Shown in pieces: positions 50,045-60,675 of a DNA stretch of 64,000 nucleotides (position 1 is its first letter; every line of letters begins with the position of its first letter). Where the stretch lies: the NCBI GenBank assembly GCA_032718475.1, contig JAUCBJ010000358.1:34900-98899 (forward strand), read 5' to 3'. The notes beneath the pieces were generated by a model. The model ran no database searches. It was given only the letters and a program-made list of their open reading frames with translations, and had not been told where the DNA came from. The position numbers and the translations under genes are program-made. Source of the DNA: Nemertoderma westbladi. Taxonomy: Eukaryota > Animalia > Xenacoelomorpha.

Positions 50045-53000
50045 TTACTTCTTCTTAACGAGTATCAGTTGATCCTGTGATGCATTGACAGTGACACCCA
50101 TTCTATCAGCCGCCTGTCTCATATAAATCTCTTCCTTGGGTGTCCAAACACTGCGAGGGCACTGTATGGAAGGTGTCACTGTGAGAGACTCCAACATCTC
50201 ATGTATGGTCTCCTTGGTGGTCTGGCTCACCGGTGGGCAGGAACCAAGGTTGGGGGAGTGATTTCCAAGGGGTGAACGGGAGGCCAGAGCAGCAGAGTGG
50301 TCAGTTAGGGGAGAGCGGGAACCCAGAGCAGCAGAGAGGTTAGTTAGGGGAGAGCGGGAACCCAGAGCAGCAGAATGGTCAGTTAGGGGAGAGCGGGAAG
50401 CCAGAGCAGCAGAGTGGTCAGTTAGGGGAGAGCGGGAAGCCAGAGCAGCAGAGGGGTCAGTTAGGGGAGAGCGGGAAGCCAGAGCAGCAGAGTGGTCAGT
50501 TAGGGGAGAGCGGGAACCCAGAGCAGCAGAGTGGTCATTTATGGGAGAGCTGGAAGCCAGTGCAGCAGAGTGGTCAGTTAGGGGAGAGTGGGAAGCTAGA
50601 GCAGCAGAGTGGTCAGTTAGGGGAGAGCGGGAAGCCAGAGCAGCAGAGTGGTCAGTTAGGGGAGAGTGGGAAGCCAGAGCAGCAGAGTGGTCAGTTAGGG
50701 GAGAGCGGGAACCCAGAGCAGCGGGGTGGTCAGTTAGGGGAGAGCGGGAACCCAGAGCAGCAGAGTGGTCAGTTATGGTAGAGCGGGAAGCCAGAGCAGC
50801 ATAGTGGTCAGTTAGAGGAGAGCGGGAACCCAGAGCAGCAGAGTGGTCAGTTAGGGGAGAGCGGGAACCCAGAGCAGCAGAGTGGTCAGTTAGGGGAGAG
50901 CGGGAACCCAGAGCAGCAGAGGGGTCAGTTAGGGGAGAGCGGGAAGCCAGAGCAGCAGATTGGTCAGATATGGGAGAGCGGGAACCCAGAGCAGCAGAGA
51001 GGTCAGTTAGGGGAGAGCGGGAACCCAGAGCAGCGGAGTGGTCAGTTAGGGGAGAGCGGGAACCCAGAGCAGCAGAGTGGTCAGTTATGGTAGAGAGGGA
51101 AGCCAGAGCAGCAGAGTGGTCAGTTAGAGGAGAGCGGGAACCCAGAGCAGCAGAGTGGTCAGTTAGGGGAGAGCGGGAACCCAGAGCAGCAGAGTGGTCA
51201 GTTAGGGGAGAGCGGGAACCCAGAGCAGTAGAGGGGTCAGTTAGGGGAGAGCGGGAAGCCAGAGCAGCAGAGTGGTCAGATATGGGAGAGCGGGAACCCA
51301 GAGCAGCAGCGAGTGGTCAGTTAGGGGAGAGCGGGAACCCAGAGCAGCAGAGGGGTCAGTTAGGGGAGAGCGGGAACCCAGAGCAGCAGAGGGGTCAGTT
51401 AGGGGAGAGTGGGAAGCCAGAGCAGCAGAGGGGTCAGTTAGGGGAGAGCGGGAAGCCAGAGCAGCAGATTGGTCAGATATGGGAGAGCGGGAACCCAGAG
51501 CAGCAGAGAGGTCAGTTAGGGGAGAGCGGGAACCCAGAGCAGCGGAGTGGTCAGTTAGGGGAGAGTGGGAAGCCAGAGCAGCAGAGTGGTCAGTTAGGGG
51601 AGAGCGGGAAGCCAGAGCAGCAGAGTGGTCAGTTAGGGGAGAGCGGGAACCCAGAGCAGCAGAGTGGTCAGTTAGGGGAGAGCGGGAAGCCAGAGCAGCA
51701 GAGTGGTCAGTTAGGGGAGAGTGGGATCCCGGAGCAGCAGCGAGTGGTCAGTTAGGGGAGAGCGGGAACCCAGAGCAGCAGAGTGGTCAGTTAGGGTAGA
51801 GCGGGAAGCCAGAGCAGCAGAGTGGTCAGTTAGGGGAGAGTGGGATCCCGGAGCAGCAGCGAGTGGTCAGTTAGGGGAGAGCGGGAACCCAGAGCAGCAG
51901 AGGGGTCAGTTAGGGGAGAGCGGGAAGCCAGAGCAGCAGATTGGTCAGATATGGGAGAGCGGGAACCCAGAGCAGCAGAGAGGTCAGTTAGGGGAGAGCG
52001 GGAACCCAGAGCAGCGGAGTGGTCAGTTAGGGGAGAGTGGGAAGCTAGAGCAGCAGAGTGGTCAGTTAGGGGAGAGCGGGAACCCTGAGCAGCAGAGTGG
52101 TCAGTTATGGTGTAGAGCGGGAAGCCAGAGCAGCAGAGTGGTCAGTTAGAGGAGAGCGGGAACCCAGAGCAGCAGAGTGGTCAGTTAGGGGAGAGCGGGA
52201 AGCCAGAGCAGCAGAGTGGTCAGTTTAGGGGAGAGCGGGAACCCAGAGCAGCAGACTGGTCAGTTAGGGGAGAGCGGGAACCTAGAGCAGTAGAGGGGTC
52301 AGTTAGGGGAGAGCGGGAAGCCAGAGCAGCAGAGAGGTCAGATATGGGAGAGCGGGAACCCAGAGCAGCAGCGAGTGGTCAGTTAGGGGAGAGCGGGAAC
52401 CCAGAGCAGCAGAGGGGTCAGTTAGGGGAGAGCGGGAAGCCAGAGCAGCAGATTGGTCAGATATTGGAGAGCGGGAACCCAGAGCAGCAGAGAGGTCAGT
52501 TAGGGGAGAGCGGGAACCCAGAGCAGCGGAGTGGTCAGTTAGGGGAGAGTGGGAAGCTAGAGCAGCAGAGTGGTCAGTTAGGGGAGAGCGGGAAGCCAGA
52601 GCAGCAGAGTGGTCAGTTAGGGGAGAGTGGGATCCCGGAGCAGCAGAGTGATCAGTTATGGGAGAGTTCCCAGAGAGACCACCATGATTAGATGGGGCCC
52701 GGTTATCCCCAGACTGGTCTTTATCCCCCCGATTCCTCGTCTCCCCAGACTGATCTCCAGACCCTCTACCAGACTTCCCCGAACTCTCACCGAATATATT
52801 CTTACACATCACCTTCTCAAACTGCTCAAACTTGGCGACATCTTTCTCTAACTCATTTAACTCGTTGTTGATACATTGATCGTACGGTTTTATAAGTTGA
52901 GCCTTGATCAAGGCCTGTCTGGCGCCCTCTTTCATTCGCTTTGCCTTCCCGGCTAGATAGAAACACTTTACCTTTTCTTTATCCGCCACGGGAATGTTAT

Positions 53001-53909
53001 GAATAACTTTATTTGTGTACCTCAACACTTTTTGCCATTCTCCCATATTGTAAGCGCAGATCGCCGCGTTGCTATAGACAACCTGACTGCACTTATACCA
53101 GTCGGTCTGCTCTTCCTCGCTTTCTAAACAATCCTCGACTATATGGGTCGCATTTAGGTACTTCTTGAAGGCCCAATCGAACTGTTTGTGTTTGTAAAGG
53201 TCATTCCCGTAATATTTCTCAGTCATAAACGCGCGTTTAACTTGTGAGAATGTTAGAGCGCGTCTCTCGTACTCGTCCATGGAGTAATAGTCCTCGGTCG
53301 GTTGGACGTCCTGGAAGTTTTCTAGGACGATAACCCACAGAGGCGGCATCCGTGGCCCCAACCCTAGTTGCCCGGCGACCACCTCTGGGGCCAATAGGAA
53401 GCGAGCGGCCTCCCCCCAGACGCATCGTGCTCACGGCCACGTCCACCCCGGGCCACACACGGCCCGCGTTCAATCGGCGAACTCGTGGAGTCGTGGTACA
53501 TGTTGTAGTGGATCGTTACAAAGGCGCTTTCCGGTACGAGAAGTCCGTCGCCGGGGGTTATAGTCTCCTTAAGGACGCTGCCGACAGGGAAGTAATCAGA
53601 GATGTCAGTCATTCGGTGTGCCATTAACCGAAAGGGAGACTCATTGGAATCAGTGGCTTCGCCACCCACCCCTAAACAGTCTGGGTTTAAGTATTTCATG
53701 ACATCCTCTTTCTCGAAGTAGTTCTTATACGGTACAGGTTTAATAGATTCCGGCATTCCGGATTCCATTTCGTCGACATCGAATATAACTCCCTCCTCTC
53801 CACGGAGTCGGTTTACGTCTATCGGGTCTCGGATTGACTCGCCGAAATCCCGATTCTCGTTTCGTTCCACCACCGACATATCTGTGCACTCGTCGATAAA
53901 AATAGCCAT
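50045..53909 (-). pseudogene. FKBP6: FKBP6/shutdown-like gene (inactive PPIase + TPR), intronless, frameshifted in this sequence
   Basis: SPFRLMAHRMTDIS..GSVLKETITPGDG..VTIHYN, GVDVAVSTMRLG-EAARFLLAPE..GQLGLGPRMPP, TPR with GNDLYK and YSNAAIC, AQLIKPYDQCINNEL; frameshifts near 53480 and in the G6 run at 53412-53417. Confidence 0.82.
50283..52665. repeat. 39-bp minisatellite, ~61 copies (GAGCAGCAGAGTGGTCAGTTAGGGGAGAGCGGGAACCCA), reading SPLTDHSAALGSR on the FKBP6 strand
   Basis: Read directly; a few units carry +2 or +1 indels. Confidence 0.96.
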
Positions 53910-54176
53910 GAGGAGTCGAGTAATGTTTACACCCGGAAGTATTTCTGTATTACATAGTTATAAAGGTTCCCCAGTCGCCCAGTCTACGTTTACAACAAAA
54001 TATTTTCATGCAAAACTGGACGAGCGCAACGAGGCTTTTGGTTAAAATAACGTGCCACTGTAACCTGCTCCTTTCCCTAAATTGAGAATTTAATATTGAG
54101 GCGGGATATTAATTTTGCCAAGGCGGGATTTGCGTCCAGTTGTTTTCCCCCCAGTCTCAACAAATTTACCAAATAA

Positions 54177-55935
54177 ATGCTTACGTTCCGCCAGAAGGCA
54201 CTACTAATCAGAGAAAGAGATAACTATTTGTATAAATTTAGGAAATACCGTGTTTTAGCTGATTATAATAATTACTGCAAATATAGAAACCTTGTCCAAC
54301 GGGAAATAAAAAAATCTAAATCTGAATATTTGTACAACAAAATAAGTGAGAATAAAGATAATCCTAAAAGTCTATGGTCTACCCTAAAATCTTTAGGTTA
54401 TAAAAACCTTAAATCTAAATCGAATATTGTTCTGCAAGATAACGGTGAGCTGATTCATGATCATACTCTAGTTAGTAATTTATTTCATAATTATTTTACT
54501 AATGTTGCCTCTAATTTAGTTAAGAAGTTACCGTTATTAAGTAATAAATATAGTATAGGGTCCGAAACTCTAAATAATTTTTATTTAGAAAAGTTACAAA
54601 ATTCAGAAAAGTTATTTTTAAAACCCGTTTCTGAGGATTTCGTTTTTCAAAATCTACTTAGCCTATCAGCCTCAAAAAGTACCGGTCTAGACCTAATACC
54701 TGCCCGTTTTCTTCAGGATGGTGCTGAAGTACTTAAAGTGCCTATTACTTTTATTATTAATTACTCTATCGTAGATAATGTAGTACCAGACGAACTGAAA
54801 TTAGCTAAGGTTGTTCCTCTGTATAAAAAGAATAGTAAAGTAGAACCCTGTAATTACAGACCTGTTAGTATCTTAAGTATTGTATCTACAGTAAAATTCT
54901 AGAACGTTCTGTTTTTCTACAGCTGGAAGCACATCTTAGTAGGCTAAATCTGATCTATGAACTTCAGTCCGGTTTTCGTAAATCATATTCTACAGACACC
55001 TGTCTTATTAACTTAATCGATACAATTAGATGTAATAACGCAAAGGGTTTATATACTGGTATGGTAATGTTGGACCTACAAAAGGCTTTCGATACTGTAG
55101 ATCACGAAATTCTGCTTGGTAAGTTTGGCCTGATGGGTGTAGGTTCTATAGACTGGTTCAAGTCCTACCTCCTGTCAAACAGAGGTCAAACTGTAGTCAT
55201 TAGCAAATCGCAGTCTACTGTACAAGAGATTACCTGTGGTGTACCGCAAGGTAGTATATTAGGTCCTCTGCTTTTTGTATGCAATGTAAATGATATGATA
55301 AGTACGCCACATTGGATAACTCCTTATCTGGAGAAAGTACAGTGACAAATATTTTCTCGAAAGTTAACAGTAGGCTTAGGTTTCTATACAGAAATAAAAA
55401 TAGTTTAAACACCGACTCCCGCAAGTTACTTTGCTCTTCTTTAATACAGTGTCACATGGACTATGCGTGCTCTTCTTGGTATGAAGGCTTAACCAAACAG
55501 CTTAAATGTAAATTACAAGTAGCTCAGAATAAAGTAGTACGATTTATTAAAGACTACAAACCTAGGCACCACTTAACTCCAGATGACTTTTCTGAATCTG
55601 GACTACTTAACTTAGATAGTAGAGTTAAGCAGCTACGCCTTAACCATGTGCATAAAGTGTATAATGGTAAATGTCCCAATTACCTAAAACAAAAATTCAA
55701 CAGAGTACGCGATACACACTCTTACAGTACCAGAGCTAGTGCTTCAAACTTCTACCTCCCGAATTGTAAATCCTTTGAATCTGATACTTTCTTTTTTAAC
55801 TGCATTAAAAATTGGAACGCACTGCCTAATGAAATTAAAAACCTAGATAATCAACATTCTTTTAAATCTGCAGTTAAATCTCACCTCCGTGTGCAATGTA
55901 AAAATAGGTACAATAGTCCTACAGTAAGTTATTAG
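54177..55935 (+). pseudogene. 5'-truncated LINE ORF2 (CR1/L2/Crack-like reverse transcriptase), frameshifted and internally deleted
   Basis: KSTGLDLIPARFL, AKVVPLYKK, NYRPVSILS, LDLQKAFDTVDH, CGVPQGSILGPLLF; the YADD region is missing; DYACSSWY..LQVAQNKVVR..WNALP. Confidence 0.92.
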
Positions 55936-57225
55936 TTTATTAATTATTTACTATTTATACTGTAATTACGTTTTATATTAAATTGTTCTGTACATTACAT
56001 CTTAATATTGTTACGGGAATTACTTTTACTAGGCCTATTCAGATGTTTACCCAATTATTAGATTACCTACCGACATTGATAGCACTTATTTCTGTTTTTG
56101 CACCAAACGTTCACGTAACAAACTGTGTAAATCAATGTTCTTGCTAACTAATTTAAATTTTACTAAGATCGATTAATCTAAATCTTTCGAAACCTAAGAA
56201 ATACTAGGAATTGCCATATATTATATTTGTTTTATTGAAATTAAACATACATATTTATATAACTTACACATATTGCGCCATAATATGTTATAGAAAAAAG
56301 TAATTCCTAAATACAGAGCAATTTTTTGTTCGCTTCGCTCGATTTTTATGGGCAACAACACTGTTGCTTACATCCTAATAATAATTCGTCGTCCCACAAC
56401 CATTTTGATCTACCTGCAAAATTTCGGTGCCGGTACAATTTCGGCAGAATCAGTACGAAGTTTCCCACGTGAACTGAACATACATATATAATACGTCAAT
56501 ACCATCTAAGCCGAGTCAGGGGGTGGGTGGGGGGAGTGGGGCTTGAGGCAAATCCCATCTCCATGCTTAATTATCAATAAGGAAAAAGAGCAGGTTATTG
56601 GACGTTATTATAACCAAAACAATAAACTAAAGTCAATAGAACGGGTTTCAGTAAAATTTTTTGGAGTAAGAAGTTGTTATTTGCGTTGATTTCTCCTGGA
56701 GAGGGGTGAATTTTGATTGCATCGAATTGGACTGTATCCACCCCTATCTGCCAGGCATGGAGGCCTATCTGAGATATATTGAGTATATAATAGGAAAACA
56801 TATAATAGTTTGTCCATAATATTTGTTTATGCCAGTCGGTAGCCACGGAACGACGAGCTTTTGTGGAGGTTGATCTTATCAGTGATCTCTCCTACTCCTG
56901 AGGAAGTGGAAGCATGAACAATATGGAAAGATCTGAGGGCCACAATGATTCATTGTCAATATGGGCTGGGCCCAGCATAAAAGGTTGCGATATCTTCTGT
57001 AGTCAGGGCCCATTGTGGGATTCTATAGAATTGGCTCAACTGCAACTCCGGAAAAAGGTGGTGCCCTTTGAAGAATATACCTACTCCCTCCAGATCTTAG
57101 ACAGTATGGTAAGCCACGCCGACTGAGCAGACTGCAGATACAGTTTACTGACACCCCCAAGCTGGCATGAACTGCGAATACACCTGCTAACGTTGGAGGT
57201 AAATAGGTGAATAAATCCTGTAAAA

Positions 57226-57870
57226 GTAGGTGACACGTTCGTGGGCCCTTCGCGCAGCACGAGGTAGGTGACACGTTCGTGGGGCCTTCGCGCAGCACGA
57301 GGTAGGTGACACGTTCGTGGGGTCTTCGCGCAGCACGAGGTAGGTGACACGTTCGTGGGCCCTTCGCGCAGCACGAGGTAGGTGACACGTTCGTGGGGTC
57401 TTCGCGCAGCACGAGGTAGGTGACACGTTCGTGGGACCTTCGCGCAGCACGAGGTAGGTGACACGTTCGTGGGGTCTTCGCGCAGCACGAGGTAAGTGAC
57501 ACGTTCGTGGGGCCTTCGGCAGCACGAGGTAGGTGACACGTTCGTGGGGCCTTCGCGCAGCATGGGGTAGGTGACACGTTCGTGGGGCCTTCGCGCAGCA
57601 CGAGGTAGGTGACACGTTCGTGGGGCCTTCGTGCAGCACGAGGCTGGTGACACGTTCGTGGGGCCTTCGTGCAGCACGAGGCTGGTGACACGTTCGTGGG
57701 GCCTTCGTGCAGCACGAGGCTGGTGACACGTTCGTGGGGCCTTCGTGCAGCACGAGGCTGGTGACACGTTCGTGGGGCCTTCGTGCAGCACGAGGCTGGT
57801 GACACGTTCGTGGGGCCTTCGTGCAGCACGAGGCTGGTGACACGTTCGTGGGGCCTTCGCGCAGCACGAT
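57226..57870. repeat. 38-bp GC-rich tandem array, ~17 copies (GTAGGTGACACGTTCGTGGGGCCTTCGCGCAGCACGAG)
   Basis: Read directly; period 38 (57226, 57264). Confidence 0.96.
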
Positions 57871-58518
57871 GTCTAGCTGAGCCGTTGGGTAGCAATAGAG
57901 TTAATGGACCTTTTCAATCCCCATAGCAGCCGGCGGTTGATGTGTGTCCTTATTATACTTTCTAAACTTTTGATAGACTACATGTGTACCAAGTTTGGTT
58001 CCATTTCATCAATGACAGAACAAGTAATACGTGGTATTACTGGTATTGATTGATGATTACTGGTATTGAACTGCTATTGGGCCTCCAATAACTGTTTGCT
58101 TTATATGTACAATGTTACCTTTAATTAGAAATGATAACACATTATTATGGTGTTGCGTACGAGTAGTGATATAAATAGTGTTGAATGATATATAAATATA
58201 TCAGAGAAAGAGAGAAGTTAAAATCATATCTATAAAGGGTGAACCCCTTTACTTGTTCTACCACTGTCACGAGTGTCACCCCCTCCCTCATCCCTTCAAA
58301 AATATAATCAGACAAGCCAATTCATAGAATTAATTGTTTACTCACACACAAAGGGCGTTGTTGTTTGTGTATAAAGTACAATGGTGAACAGGTATTGTAT
58401 TCGAGAGAATTATAAACCAGCCATACAAAATGCTATTAAGAGAAGCTATTGAATTAGTATTGATGTCTCTACAGCTTTTACCTGCAGTCACGTGCATCGT
58501 AGAAAATTATAAACGGAG

Positions 58519-59976
58519 ATGATCACGAAAATATGCAAGAACAATCAATTAATATTAACGTTAAAAGTTTCCAATATTATTCTCTCACTAAATATAATGT
58601 CTATCCTTTTGTTTGTATTCGGTGCCGACCACCCGAATAAAACGCACTTCTCTTTGAACAAGGACGAGGCCGGGAATAAATACCGGGCGAAGTTTAGCGA
58701 GCGCCCGTTCGCTGCGGGCGCAATGCGGTACGCGTTCACGGGAGTCTACAGCGGGGCTGGGATACCGAAAAACGGAGAGCAATGCGTCGTTAAAGTCTAC
58801 AAACAGCGCGCGAATAATAGAGACATTAGAAACTGTCTCCCGGACGTGGCGGCGAGTAGAACCGCTGCTTCGTACGCAGAACGGTTCATGGAGGTGTGCG
58901 GAACGCGGTTCCCAGCCCATTCAGTAGAGTTTGTGGTCCCGTTAATCGCGCAGATGGATAAAATATCGCGATTTGAAGTTCTCGGGACTATCCCGATCTA
59001 CACAAACGATCTCGTATCCGCGATGGATTTCGTTACCATCCAGCCCTTTATCGGAGACCGTTACCAAAGATTCAGCGACAACGGAGGTTACGAAGCTCAC
59101 GGTTGCGAGTTTCTAACGGCCTTCTCTCATTGGACGTTGGTGATAAGTGATAACGAGTGCCTTGTGTGCGACCTACAGGGAGTCCGTAAGGAGGGCAGAT
59201 ACGTGTTGACCGACCCCGCGATACATTCAGCTGAACAACGTTTTGGGGTAACTGACTTCGGTCTGGAAGGAATCGAGCGTTACATGGAGTCCCACAGATG
59301 CAATGAGTTCTGTCGCGCGTTGGGTCTAAGTGAACGCAGTTCGGAACAATCAGTCCGTGAGGAACTGCCATTCATCGTGGAAGAATCAGTCGGTGAGCAA
59401 CTGTCATTTAGTGTGAGACAATCAGTCGGCGAGGAACTGTCAGTCAGCGTGGCACAATCGGACGGTGAGGAACAGTCAGTGGGTGAGGAACTGTCAGTCA
59501 CCATGGAACAATCAGTCGGTGAGGAACTGTCAGTCAGCGTGGAACAATCAGACGGTGGGGAACTGTCAGTCAGTGAGGAACTGTCAGTCAGCGTGGAACG
59601 ATCAGACGGTGGGGAACTGTCAGTCAGTGAGGAACTGTCAGTCAGCGTGGAACAATCAGTCGGTGAAGAACTGTCAGTCAGTGAGGAACTGTCAGTCATC
59701 TTCGAACAATCAATCGAATCAGTCGGTGAGGAACAATCAGTAAGTTCCAATCCCCATGTCAGCAACTACGCCAATAAATACGTTGAATCCCAAACGAAAC
59801 TAATTGGTAATATTGATCAGAAACGTAAAACTAATAATAATTACGCAGATCTATTCGTTAAAACTCAAACAAAACCAAAAGTCAAACGTCACCACAAACT
59901 TAAAACGTTAAAAACAATATCCAAGGTGTTACAACATGTATTGGCTGTATATGATGCGATAGGAGCCATCGTATAA
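58519..59976 (+). CDS. Alpha-kinase (eEF2K/MHCK family) with acidic Ser/Glu/Val repeat tail; true start may be the ATG at 58597
   Basis: PFAAGAMRYAF, CVVKVY, AFSHWT, LVCDLQGV, YVLTDPAIHS, FGVTDFG and the Zn-binding HRCNEFC; open single exon. Confidence 0.92.
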   Translation: MITKICKNNQLILTLKVSNIILSLNIMSILLFVFGADHPNKTHFSLNKDEAGNKYRAKFSERPFAAGAMRYAFTGVYSGAGIPKNGEQCVVKVYKQRANNRDIRNCLPDVAASRTAASYAERFMEVCGTRFPAHSVEFVVPLIAQMDKISRFEVLGTIPIYTNDLVSAMDFVTIQPFIGDRYQRFSDNGGYEAHGCEFLTAFSHWTLVISDNECLVCDLQGVRKEGRYVLTDPAIHSAEQRFGVTDFGLEGIERYMESHRCNEFCRALGLSERSSEQSVREELPFIVEESVGEQLSFSVRQSVGEELSVSVAQSDGEEQSVGEELSVTMEQSVGEELSVSVEQSDGGELSVSEELSVSVERSDGGELSVSEELSVSVEQSVGEELSVSEELSVIFEQSIESVGEEQSVSSNPHVSNYANKYVESQTKLIGNIDQKRKTNNNYADLFVKTQTKPKVKRHHKLKTLKTISKVLQHVLAVYDAIGAIV

Positions 59977-60675
59977 ACTCATATATTATTTCCAACAATA
60001 ACATCCCGTGCAATAATTCATCACGATTTTCTTTTTACGGAAATTTATCCAAAATTAACAGATTAGAATAGTTTCTAATTAATAAACAAAGATATTATTT
60101 TTCATTTTTTCATAAAGAAATATAAAACCCTGGCAGATTCATATGGAAAAATTTCCTTTAAAATTAGTTAATCAAATTGTTCAAAGTATTAATATCTGTA
60201 TGTATTGTAAATATATTTTATATGTTTTTATATGAAATATTACCGGTACTCAATGGTAATATCTAATATCCTTATACATATCCTATGCAGTATTATAGGA
60301 TAATAGACTAGCATAATAAACTTCAGGGATATTCATTATTTTCTAGTTACCAAGTAGGATTGTGTTATTGTTGTTTTTGTTACTCAAATTGAAAGCTATT
60401 CTGTTCTAATGTATGCTGTATTTATATGAATAATAATTGTGGAATGCTGTTTATTTATTTACAAAAAATAAAATAATTTATTTTAATTAATGTAATAAAT
60501 AATTAGGTAATCGAAATCAGAAAGATTTTTAATTTCACTCTGCTTACAATGGGCCTCACCTCATACTTACATTTAATTTAAACAACCGGTTCAATACATA
60601 ACAATAACATTAATAACATAATGCGCGATTTGAAGACGTAACCATATCTCTATCGTGTAACTCAAATGAATACCA

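Noticed and set aside
50541-52851. Plus-strand repeat ORFs (GESGNPEQQSGQL / AAEWSVRGEREPR)
   Set aside because: Antisense readings of the 39-bp array; only the minus-strand frame connects to unique coding sequence at both ends.
57226-57870. CRISPR-like appearance of the 38-bp array
   Set aside because: Units are head-to-tail with no unique spacers, there are no cas genes, and the context is eukaryotic.
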